A stretch of DNA of 46,973 nucleotides, from NCBI GenBank assembly GCA_019689775.1, contig JADGGV010000002.1, forward strand, positions 1 through 46,973, read 5' to 3'. Source of the DNA: Gemmatimonadota bacterium (GTDB taxonomy: Bacteria; Gemmatimonadota; Gemmatimonadetes; Longimicrobiales; RSA9). Both the position numbers and the translations under genes were made by a program. Below, in pieces: positions 1-8,624 of this stretch (positions within the stretch are counted from its first letter, which is position 1; each line of letters starts with the position of its first letter). Below the pieces are notes generated by a model, which worked only from the letters and a program-made list of their open reading frames with translations, was not told the origin of the DNA and did no database searches.

Positions 1-7
1 GCAACGT

Positions 8-68
8 CCGGCCGCGGGGCGGCCCGGGGGGGGGGGGGCGGGCCGCCCGGGGCCCCCCGGGCCCCGCG
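8..68. repeat. G/C-only imperfect palindrome with a G13 homopolymer (terminator-like hairpin 3' of the CDS ending at 91)
   Basis: 61 nt with no A or T. Arms 13-20/61-68 (cgcggggc/gccccgcg), 24-31/53-60 (ccgggggg/ccccccgg) and 36-41/43-48 (gggcgg/ccgccc) are perfectly complementary. G run spans 26-38. Confidence 0.6.
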
Positions 69-90
69 TTGCATTTGGCGGCGGCGCGGC

Positions 91-1239
91 TCAGCGGAAG
101 AGGTCGAGGGTCGTGAGCGCGGGCGGCTGGGCGGGCGCGCCGGCGGGCGGTGTGCGGGCGCCGTCCGCGGTGGAGCGGGCGGCCCGGCGCCGCGGCGTCG
201 CGGCGCGGGCGGCGGCGTTCACGACCTCGGCCATGTCGGGGCGGTAGTGGCGCAGGAACTCGCGGCCCAGGCTGCGGTCGTAGGCGCTCCACCCCTCGTC
301 GACGGTGGCGATGAGGCGGACGGCGTGGTTCATCTTGGCGTCGAGGTCGTCGCAGTAGTGGAGCACGACGGCCTCGAGGGTGAGCGGCTCGCGCGGGCTC
401 TGCCACTCGAAGCGCCCCTGATGCGCCGCGATCAGGTGCTGGAGCAGGAGCAGCCGGTCCGGCGCGAGCTCCGGGACATCGCGCGCGGCATCCGCGACCA
501 TCTGGAGACCGAGCAGGATGTGGCCGAGGAGCTTCCCCTCGTCGGTGTACGGGAAGCCGGCGCGCGGTCCGAGCTCGCGGATCTTGCCGAGGTCGTGGAG
601 GAGCGCGCCGGTGACGAGGAGGTCGCGGTCGATCGCGGGCCAGTAGTGCTCGGCCATCCGGTCGCACGCGCCGGCGACGGACAGCGAGTGCTCGAGGAGC
701 CCGCCGACGTAGGCGTGGTGGTTGTGCTTGGCGGCGGGCGCCTTGCGGAACGCGCGGCCGGTCTCGACGTCGGGACCGAGCAGCCGCTCGAGGAGCGCGC
801 GGAACGGCGCGTCGGCGATGCTGGCGATGCACGCGGCGAGTTCCTCCTCCATCTCGGCCGCACCGCGCGGCGAGCGGGGGAGGAACAGCTCGAGATCGTC
901 GGGCTCGACGCTCACGGGCGCGATCTCGGAGACCTTGAGCTGGCGCACGTCCTTGTAGCTCTCGACGCTGCCGCGCACGCCGACGAACGCGCCGACCGTG
1001 ATGCGGTCCATCACGTCGGCGACGGGGTCCCACACGCGCGCCTCTACCGATCCGTGGCGGTCGGAGAGCTGGAGCTTGTAGTAGACCTTGCCGTCCCGCT
1101 TGCGGTCCTTCGCGATCCCGCACACGCAGTAGCAGGCGACGACGACGGCGCCGGCCTCGAGCGCGTCGAAGGCCGGCCACGGGAACTCGGCGCCCTCGAC
1201 CCACTCGCGCGGCCGGAGCGGGCGCGCGGCCTCACGCAT
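91..1239 (-). CDS. OB-fold + HD-domain phosphohydrolase, YhaM-like 3'-5' exoribonuclease family
   Basis: N-terminal OB-like segment (KVYYKLQLSDRHGSVEARVWDP). HD-domain motifs HHAYVGGLLEHSL and LLHDLGK. ATG start overlaps the pyrC stop by 8 nt. Confidence 0.8.
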   Translation of the reverse strand: MREAARPLRPREWVEGAEFPWPAFDALEAGAVVVACYCVCGIAKDRKRDGKVYYKLQLSDRHGSVEARVWDPVADVMDRITVGAFVGVRGSVESYKDVRQLKVSEIAPVSVEPDDLELFLPRSPRGAAEMEEELAACIASIADAPFRALLERLLGPDVETGRAFRKAPAAKHNHHAYVGGLLEHSLSVAGACDRMAEHYWPAIDRDLLVTGALLHDLGKIRELGPRAGFPYTDEGKLLGHILLGLQMVADAARDVPELAPDRLLLLQHLIAAHQGRFEWQSPREPLTLEAVVLHYCDDLDAKMNHAVRLIATVDEGWSAYDRSLGREFLRHYRPDMAEVVNAAARAATPRRRAARSTADGARTPPAGAPAQPPALTTLDLFR

Positions 1240-2560
1240 GGCGCCGCTCCAGCGCGGGCTGCCGGGGCGGCGGCGCCGCCACGTCGTAGACGACGACGCC
1301 GCCGACGATGGTGAGCGCCGCGCGGCCGCGCAGCTTCCGGCCGGCGAACGGCGTGTTCCGGCTCTTGGAGTAGAAGCGCGCCGGGTCGACGGTCCAGGCG
1401 GCGGACGGGTCGAGGACGCTCACGTCGGCGATGGTGCCCTCCGCCAGCGTGCCGCCCGGGAGCCCGAAGGCGCGCGCCGGGTTCGTGCTCATGCGGCGGA
1501 TCAGCTCGGGGAGCGTGAGCACGCCCTTCTCCACGAGCTCGGTCATGCAAAGGCCGAACGCGGTCTCCAGGCCGACGATGCCGAAGGGCGCATCGTCGAA
1601 CGCCTGCTCCTTCTCGTCGTAGTGGTGCGGCGCGTGGTCGGTGGCGAGCACGTCGAGCGTGCCGTCGGCGAAGCCGGCGCGCACCGCCTCGACGTCGGCC
1701 GCCGTGCGCAGCGGCGGGTTCATCTTGGCGTTCGTGTCGTAGCCGTCGACCGCCTCGTCGGTCAGCGTGAGGTGGTGCGGCGTGGCCTCGGCGGTCACGG
1801 CGACCCCCCGCGCGCGCGCCTCGCGGATCATGGCCACGCCGCGCGCGGTCGACACGTGCTGCACGTGCAGCCGCCCGCCGGTCAGCTCGGCCAGGATCAG
1901 GTCGCGGGCGATCATGACGTCCTCGGCCGCGTTCGGGATCCCGGTCAGCCCGAGGCGCGTCGAGACGATCCCCTCGTTCATCGAGCCGCCGCGCGAGAGC
2001 GCCTTCTCCTCGCAGTGGCTGGCGACGGGGATGCCGAACGTCCGGCTATACTCGAGCGCCAGGCGCATCAGCCCGGCGTCGGAGACCGGGCGGCCGTCGT
2101 CCGTGATGGCGACGGCGCCGGCCGCGACCATCTCGCCGATCTCCGCGAGGCGCTCGCCGGCCTGGCCGATCGAGACGGCGCCGGTCGGGTACACCCGGGC
2201 GCCCCCCGCGCGCGCCCCCGCGGCGCGCACGAAGCCCACCGCCGCCGGATCGTCGACCGGCGGGTCCGTGTTCGGCATGGCGCACACGGCGGTGAAGCCG
2301 CCGGCCGCCGCCGCGCGCGCTCCCGTCGCGATCGTCTCCTTGTGCTCGCCGCCCGGCTCGCGCAGGTGCACATGCACGTCGATCAGTCCCGGTGCGACGA
2401 CGAGGCCGCCGGCGTCGCGCACGTCCGCGCCCTCCGGCGCCTCGAGGTCCCGCCCGATGCGGGCGACGACGCCGTCGGCGAGCAGCACGTCCAGCACCTC
2501 GTCGAGGCCGCGCCCGGGATCGATCACCCGGCCGCCTCGCAGCAGGAGCGGCCGGGTCAC
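1232..2560 (-). CDS. pyrC: dihydroorotase
   Basis: Amidohydrolase metal motif DVHVHLREPG plus ATDHAPH. GTG start preceded by GGAGG. Lies downstream of pyrB. Confidence 0.92.
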   Translation of the reverse strand: MTRPLLLRGGRVIDPGRGLDEVLDVLLADGVVARIGRDLEAPEGADVRDAGGLVVAPGLIDVHVHLREPGGEHKETIATGARAAAAGGFTAVCAMPNTDPPVDDPAAVGFVRAAGARAGGARVYPTGAVSIGQAGERLAEIGEMVAAGAVAITDDGRPVSDAGLMRLALEYSRTFGIPVASHCEEKALSRGGSMNEGIVSTRLGLTGIPNAAEDVMIARDLILAELTGGRLHVQHVSTARGVAMIREARARGVAVTAEATPHHLTLTDEAVDGYDTNAKMNPPLRTAADVEAVRAGFADGTLDVLATDHAPHHYDEKEQAFDDAPFGIVGLETAFGLCMTELVEKGVLTLPELIRRMSTNPARAFGLPGGTLAEGTIADVSVLDPSAAWTVDPARFYSKSRNTPFAGRKLRGRAALTIVGGVVVYDVAAPPPRQPALERRHA

Positions 2561-2596
2561 GGACGCCTCCGGGCCGCGCCCGCCGCGCTCGCCGCG

Positions 2597-3562
2597 CTAC
2601 TCCACGCCATGCTTCGCCACCTCCGCCTTGTCCGGGGCTCCGCCCGCCAGCAGGTACAGCACCGCCATGCGCACCGCCACGCCATTCGTCACCTGGTCCA
2701 GGATCACGGAGTGCTCGCCGTCGGCGACGTCGCTGTCGATCTCGACGCCGCGGTTCATCGGCCCCGGGTGCAGGATCAGCAGATCCCGAGGCGCCCGCTC
2801 GACCCGCTCGCGCGTGATGCCGAAGACGCGGTTGTACTCGCGCAGGCTCGGGATGTAGCCGGCGTGCATGCGCTCGAGCTGGAGCCGCAGCACGTTCAGC
2901 ACCTCCGCCCACTCGATGGCCTCCTCGACGCGCGTGAAGACCCGCACCCCCAGCTCCTCGACGCCGGCCGGGAGCAGCGTCGGCGGGCCGCACACGGCCA
3001 CCTCCGCGCCGAGCTTCGTCAGCCCCCAGATGTTCGAGCGCGCCACGCGGCTGTGGAGCACGTCGCCCACGATGCACACGCGGACGCCCTCGAGCCGGCC
3101 GAGGTGGTCGCGGATCGTCAGCATGTCGAGCAGCGCCTGCGTCGGGTGCTCGTGCCGACCGTCGCCGGCGTTGATCACGTTGGAGGGGATCCGCTCGCCC
3201 AGGAAGCGGGCCGCGCCCGACGAGCCGTGCCGGATCACGACCATGTCGATGCGCATCGCCTCCAGGTTGCGCGCCGTGTCGACCAGCGTCTCGCCCTTCT
3301 GCACGCTCGAGCCGCTCGCGGCCACGTTGACCGTGTCGGCCGAGAGGCGCTTCTCCGCGAACTCGAACGAGATGCGCGTGCGCGTCGAGGGCTCGAAGAA
3401 GAGGTTGACGATGGTCTTGCCGCGCAGGACCGGCACCTTCTTGATGGCCCGCTCGCTGATCTCCTTGAACGGCTCCGCGGTGTCCAGGATGCCGCGGATC
3501 TGGTCGGCGTCGAGCTCCTCCAGCCCGACCAGGTCCTTGCCGAGGTAGGGCGCCGACGGCAT
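2597..3562 (-). CDS. pyrB: aspartate carbamoyltransferase catalytic subunit
   Basis: Carbamoyl-phosphate site FFEPSTRTR, plus HPTQALLD and HPGP motifs. The ATG at 3562 shares 1 nt with the pyrR stop (TGATG); a TTG one codon upstream is the alternative start. Confidence 0.94.
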   Translation of the reverse strand: MPSAPYLGKDLVGLEELDADQIRGILDTAEPFKEISERAIKKVPVLRGKTIVNLFFEPSTRTRISFEFAEKRLSADTVNVAASGSSVQKGETLVDTARNLEAMRIDMVVIRHGSSGAARFLGERIPSNVINAGDGRHEHPTQALLDMLTIRDHLGRLEGVRVCIVGDVLHSRVARSNIWGLTKLGAEVAVCGPPTLLPAGVEELGVRVFTRVEEAIEWAEVLNVLRLQLERMHAGYIPSLREYNRVFGITRERVERAPRDLLILHPGPMNRGVEIDSDVADGEHSVILDQVTNGVAVRMAVLYLLAGGAPDKAEVAKHGVE

Positions 3563-4122
3563 CAAGCCGCCTCCGGTTCCGCGCCACCGACCAGCTCGAC
3601 CGCGAGGCGCCCGTCGAGCTCCGGGACGAGCACCTCGACCCGTTGGTTGGGCGCGGTCTCGATCCGGCGGCCCACGATGTCCGCATGGATCGGCAGCTCC
3701 CGGCCGCCGCGGTCCACGAGCACGCAGAGGTAGATCCGTGACGGCCGCCCGAAGTCCGCCAGCTCGTCCAGCGCCGCGCGTACGGTCCGCCCGGTGTAGA
3801 GGACGTCGTCCACGATCACCACCTTCCGGCCGTTGATCCCGCCCTCCGGGAGCCGCGTCTCGCCGACGACGGGCCGCGGCCCGATCGCCATGAGGTCGTC
3901 CCGGTAGAGCGTGATGTCGAGCGAGCCGACCGGCGGCCGGACCTCCTCGGCCCGCTCGATCTCGTCCGCGAGCCGGTCGGCGAGCTGAACCCCGCGCCGG
4001 TGGATCCCCACCAGCGAGAGTCCTTCCACGCCCTGTCCGCGCTCGACCAGCTCGCGGGCCATCCGCGCCAGCGCGCGCTCGACCGCGCGCTGGTCCATCA
4101 GCAAAGATCGTCTTTCAGGCAT
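3562..4122 (-). CDS. pyrR: bifunctional pyrimidine operon regulator / uracil phosphoribosyltransferase PyrR
   Basis: PRTase PRPP-binding loop [13 protein letters not shown]. PyrR-like N-terminus and length (186 aa). First gene of the pyr cluster. Confidence 0.9.
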   Translation of the reverse strand: MPERRSLLMDQRAVERALARMARELVERGQGVEGLSLVGIHRRGVQLADRLADEIERAEEVRPPVGSLDITLYRDDLMAIGPRPVVGETRLPEGGINGRKVVIVDDVLYTGRTVRAALDELADFGRPSRIYLCVLVDRGGRELPIHADIVGRRIETAPNQRVEVLVPELDGRLAVELVGGAEPEAA

Positions 4123-4162
4123 TCGGCGACGCCAGGCAGCGGGTGAGGGGCGGGTCGCGGGT

Positions 4163-4192
4163 AGGTTAGCCGGGGGGTGCGGCGGGTGTCAA
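4163..4192 (-). promoter_or_regulatory. candidate sigma70-type promoter for pyrR operon
   Basis: The minus strand reads TTGACA, an 18-nt spacer, then TAACCT, about 40 nt upstream of the pyrR ATG. Confidence 0.35.
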
Positions 4193-4344
4193 TGCGGCGC
4201 CGCGCCAACCCGCAGGCGACGCCGGCCACGCCGGTCGCGCGCCCAGTCCACCGCCCGGTGCGGCTTTACACGGCCCGCACGCCCCATGTAGTTTCGGCGA
4301 GACCGGGCCATCCGCACAACGTAACCACCGACGGGGGAGACTTC

Positions 4345-5874
4345 GTGGCGCGACAACTCTTCCAGCGCAAACCGATCGGCGAGCTGCTCGCGGACGAGGG
4401 CAACCCGAACGCGTTGAAGCGCGAGCTGGGGGCCGGCGATCTGGTCCTGCTGGCCATCGGCGCCGTCATCGGCGCGGGGATCTTCTCCTCGATCGGCACG
4501 GCGGCCGCGGGCGAGGTGCTGCCGACCGGCGAGGTCGTGCGCTACGGCGCCGGCCCGGCGCTGGTGCTCTCGTTCCTCCTCCTCGGCGCCGTGTGCGGCC
4601 TGGCGGCGCTCTGCTACGCCGAGCTGGCCTCCATGATCCCGCAGGCCGGGAGCGCCTACGCCTACTCCTACGCCACGCTCGGCGAGCTCGTCGCCTGGAT
4701 CATCGGCTGGGACCTGATCCTCGAGTACGCGGTCGGCAACATCGCCGTCGCCATCGCCTGGGGCGGCTACTTCAACTCGTTGCTCAGCGGCTTCGGCATA
4801 CACCTACCCGACTTCCTGACCCACGGCTACCGCGCCGTCATCAAGAGCTCGGATCCCGCCGTCCAGGCGCTGCTCACCACCGCGCCGCACATCGGCGGGA
4901 TCCCGATCCTGATCAACCTGCCCGCCTGCCTCATCGTCCTCGCCGTCACCTGGGTGCTCATGCTCGGGGTACGCGAGAGCGCGACCGCCAACAACATCAT
5001 GGTCGGCGTCAAGCTGCTGGTGCTCACGCTCTTCGTCGTGGTCGGCGCCATGCACATCGACCCGGCCAACTACAAGCCGTTCGCGCCGAACGGCTGGCGC
5101 GGCATCCACCAGGGCGCGGCCATCGTCTTCTTCGCCTACATCGGCTTCGACGCCATCTCGACCGCGGCGGAGGAGACGAAGAACCCGCAACGGAACCTGC
5201 CGATCGGGATCCTTGGCGGGCTCGCCGTCTGCACCATCATCTACATGATCGTCGGCGCCGTCGCGACCGGCCTCGTCCCGTTCCAGGAGCTCCGCGCCGC
5301 GGACCCGCTCGCCAAGGCGCTGTCGGCCGCGAACCTGACCACCGTGAGCTGGCTCGTCTCGCTCGGCGCCGTCGTCTCCATGACCGCCGTGCTCCTCGTC
5401 TTCCAGTACGGCCAGCCGCGGATCTTCTACGCCATGGCGCGCGACGGGCTGCTGCCGCGCTGGGCGGCCAAGGTCCACGGCAAGTACCACACGCCCTACA
5501 TCACGACGCTGCTGACCGGCCTCGTCGTCGCCGCCGGCGCGCTCTTCTTCGACGAGAACGAGATCTACGACCTCACGAACATCGGCACGCTGTCCGCCTT
5601 CGCGCTCGTGTGCATCGGCGTGCTCGTGCTCCGCTACGTCGATCCCGACCGGCCGCGCCCGTTCAAGGTGCCGTTCGTCTGGCCGGTGGCGCTCGTCGGC
5701 GCAGCGGCGTGCATCTACACGATGGTCGGGCTCCCCGTGCACGCCTGGGAGCGCTTCGCGATCTGGCTCGTGATCGGCCTGCTGATCTACTTCTTCTACG
5801 GCTTCCGCAACAGCGCGCTACGGCGGGCGCGCCGCCCGGTTCCGGCACGGGAGGACGTCGGGGCGGGGGTCTGA
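4345..5874 (+). CDS. APC-superfamily amino acid permease (cationic amino acid transporter-like)
   Basis: Multi-TM protein with the typical APC N-terminal motif (GAGDLVLLAIGAVIGAGIFS) and FAYIGFDAISTAAEE. I prefer the GTG start at 4345, which has GGGGGAGA 5 nt upstream. The track ORF begins at 4177, but that extension is Arg/Pro-rich. Confidence 0.85.
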   Translation: MARQLFQRKPIGELLADEGNPNALKRELGAGDLVLLAIGAVIGAGIFSSIGTAAAGEVLPTGEVVRYGAGPALVLSFLLLGAVCGLAALCYAELASMIPQAGSAYAYSYATLGELVAWIIGWDLILEYAVGNIAVAIAWGGYFNSLLSGFGIHLPDFLTHGYRAVIKSSDPAVQALLTTAPHIGGIPILINLPACLIVLAVTWVLMLGVRESATANNIMVGVKLLVLTLFVVVGAMHIDPANYKPFAPNGWRGIHQGAAIVFFAYIGFDAISTAAEETKNPQRNLPIGILGGLAVCTIIYMIVGAVATGLVPFQELRAADPLAKALSAANLTTVSWLVSLGAVVSMTAVLLVFQYGQPRIFYAMARDGLLPRWAAKVHGKYHTPYITTLLTGLVVAAGALFFDENEIYDLTNIGTLSAFALVCIGVLVLRYVDPDRPRPFKVPFVWPVALVGAAACIYTMVGLPVHAWERFAIWLVIGLLIYFFYGFRNSALRRARRPVPAREDVGAGV

Positions 5875-5893
5875 GGCGGCCCGGCTCGTTTTT

Positions 5894-5915
5894 CCCGCTC
5901 CCGCTCCCGCTCCCG
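5894..5915. repeat. tandem hexamer (CCCGCT) x3.7 in the convergent intergenic region
   Basis: cccgct occurs at 5894, 5900 and 5906, followed by cccg. It can pair imperfectly with 5933-5947 (gcgagagcggaacgg). Confidence 0.6.
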
Positions 5916-5964
5916 AGCGGCCAGGCGCGGAAGCGAGAGCGGAACGGCGCGGGCGGGCGTCGGA

Positions 5965-6180
5965 TCAGTGGTGGTTGGCGGTGATGCGGCGGCGGACCCA
6001 GAAGCCGAGCGGGATCGCGGCGACAGCGCCCAGCCCGAGCGCGATGCGCCCGGGCGAGAGCGCATCCCGCACGTCGTGGCGCACCTTCATGATGCGAGCC
6101 GCCCGGAACGGGTGCCGGAGGATGAAGCCCGCCCGCGGCGCCTTCCGGTAGCTTGCCAGGTTCACGATCGTTCCGAGCAT
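5965..6180 (-). CDS. small basic tail-anchored membrane protein (hypothetical, 71 aa)
   Basis: ATG at 6180 preceded by AGGAGG with a 6-nt spacer. One C-terminal hydrophobic helix (IALGLGAVAAIPLGFWV). No family recognised. Confidence 0.5.
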   Translation of the reverse strand: MLGTIVNLASYRKAPRAGFILRHPFRAARIMKVRHDVRDALSPGRIALGLGAVAAIPLGFWVRRRITANHH

Positions 6181-6261
6181 CGGTGTCCTCCTGTCCTGCG
6201 GGTTCGGCACGTCGACCGTCGCCGCGCGCTCGTGCAAGGGCCGTGCGCGGCGCCGGCCGGC

Positions 6262-6678
6262 TCAGAACCCCCAGGTCCCCCGCGTGATCAGCTCGATGCT
6301 GTTGCCGTCCGGATCGCGGAAGTACAAGGAGCGCCCGCCGCTTGGCCATTCAATCTCGCGCTCGATGACGACGCCGGCCGCACCAAGATGTCCCCGCCAG
6401 CGCTCGAGCGCGTCGCGATCAGGCACATCGAACGCGACGTGGCTGGCGCCGACGGCGCCGTGCGGCGGCACGCGCGCGCCGGCGCCGCCCGCCAGCGTCG
6501 TGCGCGGGTCGAAGACGAGCAGCGTGTCGACACCCACGCGGAAGACCACGTGGCGCCCCTCCCGGCGCGTGACGAGGGGGAAGCCGAGCCGGCGCCAGAA
6601 CCGCTCCGCGCGGGCGAGGTCGGTGACGTACAGCGCGGCCTCGTGGATGCCGCCGATCGGTGGGGTCGGATCCGCCAT
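6262..6678 (-). CDS. VOC / glyoxalase-bleomycin resistance family protein
   Basis: 138 aa with the typical pattern IHEAALYVTDLARAERFW ... HVAFDV ... GGRSLYFRDPDGNSIEL. Confidence 0.85.
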   Translation of the reverse strand: MADPTPPIGGIHEAALYVTDLARAERFWRRLGFPLVTRREGRHVVFRVGVDTLLVFDPRTTLAGGAGARVPPHGAVGASHVAFDVPDRDALERWRGHLGAAGVVIEREIEWPSGGRSLYFRDPDGNSIELITRGTWGF

Positions 6679-6720
6679 GGCGCCTCCGGCGTCCGGACGT
6701 GAGTCGCGCCCGGTCGGGCG

Positions 6721-7194
6721 TCAGCGCCGGGCGCGAAAGAACGAGCGGAGCAGTTCCGCGGCCGGCGCGGCGAGCACGCCCGCCGTGATGTCGACGCGGT
6801 GGTTCAGCCGCCGGTCCTGGACGATGCAGCCCAGCGAGCCGCACATCCCGGTCTTCGGATCGGCCGCGGCGTAGACCAGCCGCCGGATCCGCGCCAGCAC
6901 CATCGCGCCGGCGCACATCGCGCACGGCTCGAGGGTGACGTAGAGCGTGGCGTCGAGGAGACGCCAGCCGCCGAGCCGCGCCGCCGCCGCGCGCAGCGCG
7001 ACGACCTCGGCGTGGGCCGTCGGGTCGGCCCAGGTGCGCGTGCGGTTGTGCGCCTCGGCGACGAGGCGCCCGCCCGAAACGAGAACGGCCCCGACGGGGA
7101 CCTCGGCAAGGGTGGCCGCCGCCCGGGCCTGCTCGAGCGCCCGCGACATCCAGAGCGCGTCTTCGGGGCGGGCGGGCCCGAAGTCGCAGGTCAC
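6721..7194 (-). CDS. tadA: tRNA-specific adenosine deaminase
   Basis: CDA zinc motifs HAEVVAL and LEPCAMCAGAM. 157 aa. GTG start 5 nt after the lexA-like stop. Confidence 0.9.
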   Translation of the reverse strand: MTCDFGPARPEDALWMSRALEQARAAATLAEVPVGAVLVSGGRLVAEAHNRTRTWADPTAHAEVVALRAAAARLGGWRLLDATLYVTLEPCAMCAGAMVLARIRRLVYAAADPKTGMCGSLGCIVQDRRLNHRVDITAGVLAAPAAELLRSFFRARR

Positions 7195-7198
7195 CGCG

Positions 7199-7840
7199 TC
7201 AGGAGGCGCCGCCGGCCGCGGCGGCCGCCGGCTGCGCGGCAGCGAGCGGTGCCCGCAGCCGCCGGATGACGCTGACGACGCGGCCGATCAGGACGACGTC
7301 GCCACCGGCGCGCAGCAGCGCCGGCGGGTAGTCCGGGCTGGACGGCTCGAGGACCGCCTCGCCCCCCCGCAGGAAGTACCGCTTGACCGCCAGCTCGCCG
7401 CGCACGCGGACGACGACGATGTCGCCATCCTCGAGCTCGTCCGCCATGGCCGGCTCCGCCAGCAGCAGGTCGCCGTCGTGGACGCCGACGTCCGCCATCC
7501 CGTTCCCGTTCATGACCACGGAGAACGCGCCGCTGCCGCCCACGAGCTTGCGGTCGAGCTCGAGGTCGCCCAGCTCCGCCGCATCCTCGAAGCAGGGCAC
7601 GCTCACCGTCTGCGGGTGCAGGTCGAGGCCGAGCAGCCGCACGCCGCGGGAACGGGAGGGATCGCGCTCGATCCACCCCTTGTCGGCCAGCGACTGGAGG
7701 TACTCGGAGACCGTCTTCGTGCTCTTGATGTCGAAGCGGCGGCCGATCTCGCGAATCGAGGGCTGATACGTGTTCCGCCGCAGGTAGTCGACGAGATAGT
7801 CGAGGATCCGGCGCTCCAACTTGGTCAGCGGCTCGGGCAT
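7199..7840 (-). CDS. lexA: LexA-like repressor (winged-helix + S24 peptidase-like domain, catalytic Ser replaced)
   Basis: N-terminus LTKLERRILDYL...PSIREIG...YLQSLADKGWIERDPSRSRGVRLL matches the LexA DNA-binding domain. The C-terminal domain has VHDGDLLL and AVKRY. ATG at 7840 is preceded by GGAGG. The track ORF extension to 7999 is rejected. Confidence 0.85.
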   Translation of the reverse strand: MPEPLTKLERRILDYLVDYLRRNTYQPSIREIGRRFDIKSTKTVSEYLQSLADKGWIERDPSRSRGVRLLGLDLHPQTVSVPCFEDAAELGDLELDRKLVGGSGAFSVVMNGNGMADVGVHDGDLLLAEPAMADELEDGDIVVVRVRGELAVKRYFLRGGEAVLEPSSPDYPPALLRAGGDVVLIGRVVSVIRRLRAPLAAAQPAAAAAGGAS

Positions 7841-8162
7841 CGTCGCCTCCGAGAGGCCGAAATGGCTGGAATCGATGGTTCGCGGAATCGGGGAGCCCAG
7901 CGACGCGGCGGGCGCACGCTCCGCCCCGGAGGCGCACCACTCCTCACGGACACGGGCCCGGCCTCTCCTCATCGAGAGAAACGCGAAACGTGGCTGCACC
8001 TGGGAGCGCGGGAACGCGAGGAACGCTACGACGCCCCGGCCACGGTGTCAAGGAGATCTGTTTCGGCGGCCGGCCCCGCCGGCGATCTGCCGTGCCTCGG
8101 CCGCGGCGGCGGCGCGGCGCGCGGCGCCCCGGCGGGTCCGCGCTACGGCCCGCCGGCGCGCC

Positions 8163-8444
8163 TCACGTCCGCGGCCGTTGCGGCGGCTTCGCGCGCCGCA
8201 TCCGCAAGAGCGCCTCGCGCAGCCGACGAACGAGTAGCTCCTCCCGCTCGTGCTGCGCGATGAGCGCCTCGACCCGGCTCTCGTGGCCGCCGGCCTGCGC
8301 CTCGGCGATGAGAGCCCGGTAGCGCGAGCAGGCGTCGAGCCGGTGCGCCAGCTCGCGCTCGAGCGGGTGCTCGTCGGATGCGTCGATGTCGGCCTGCTCC
8401 CAGAAGAAGTCCAGCCCCGGGGATGTCGCGTGGTCTCGGGTCAT
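8163..8444 (-). CDS. hypothetical protein (93 aa, acidic N-terminus, helical Arg/Glu-rich C-terminus)
   Basis: Ordinary amino-acid composition and high GC3 from [17 protein letters not shown] onward. Divergent from fhs. An ATG at 8456 is an alternative start. No family recognised. Confidence 0.4.
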   Translation of the reverse strand: MTRDHATSPGLDFFWEQADIDASDEHPLERELAHRLDACSRYRALIAEAQAGGHESRVEALIAQHEREELLVRRLREALLRMRRAKPPQRPRT

Positions 8445-8595
8445 GGGCCGCCCCATCGGGGTCCATTCGACCGGTTGCGGGGGACGCGACGGCCGCGACC
8501 GCGAGCGCGGGGCGTGGCCGTGCATACGGGCATGGGCGAGGCTGCAAGCGGCGTTCCGCTCGGCGGATGCGTCGCGCGGGCGCGCGGCGGCCCGC

Positions 8596-8624
8596 TTGCC
8601 GGGGCGTGACGCACCCCCGATAAT
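8596..8624 (+). promoter_or_regulatory. candidate sigma70-type promoter for fhs
   Basis: TTGCCG (8596-8601), 17-nt spacer, GATAAT (8619-8624), about 60 nt upstream of the fhs ATG. Confidence 0.4.

Noticed and set aside
1238-3733. 831-aa ORF on the plus strand
   Set aside because: It is antisense to the clearly recognisable pyrC and pyrB. The product is Arg/Ala/Gly/Asp/His low complexity, typical of shadow ORFs in stop-poor high-GC DNA.
4123-4344. PyrR attenuator or other riboswitch in the pyrR/permease divergent intergenic region
   Set aside because: There is no PyrR-binding loop consensus and no convincing terminator/antiterminator pair. Only short 5-6 bp GC stems are present, as expected by chance at this G+C.
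6419-6925. 168-aa minus-strand ORF spanning the VOC/tadA junction
   Set aside because: It is out of frame with two recognisable genes and is an Arg-rich shadow ORF.
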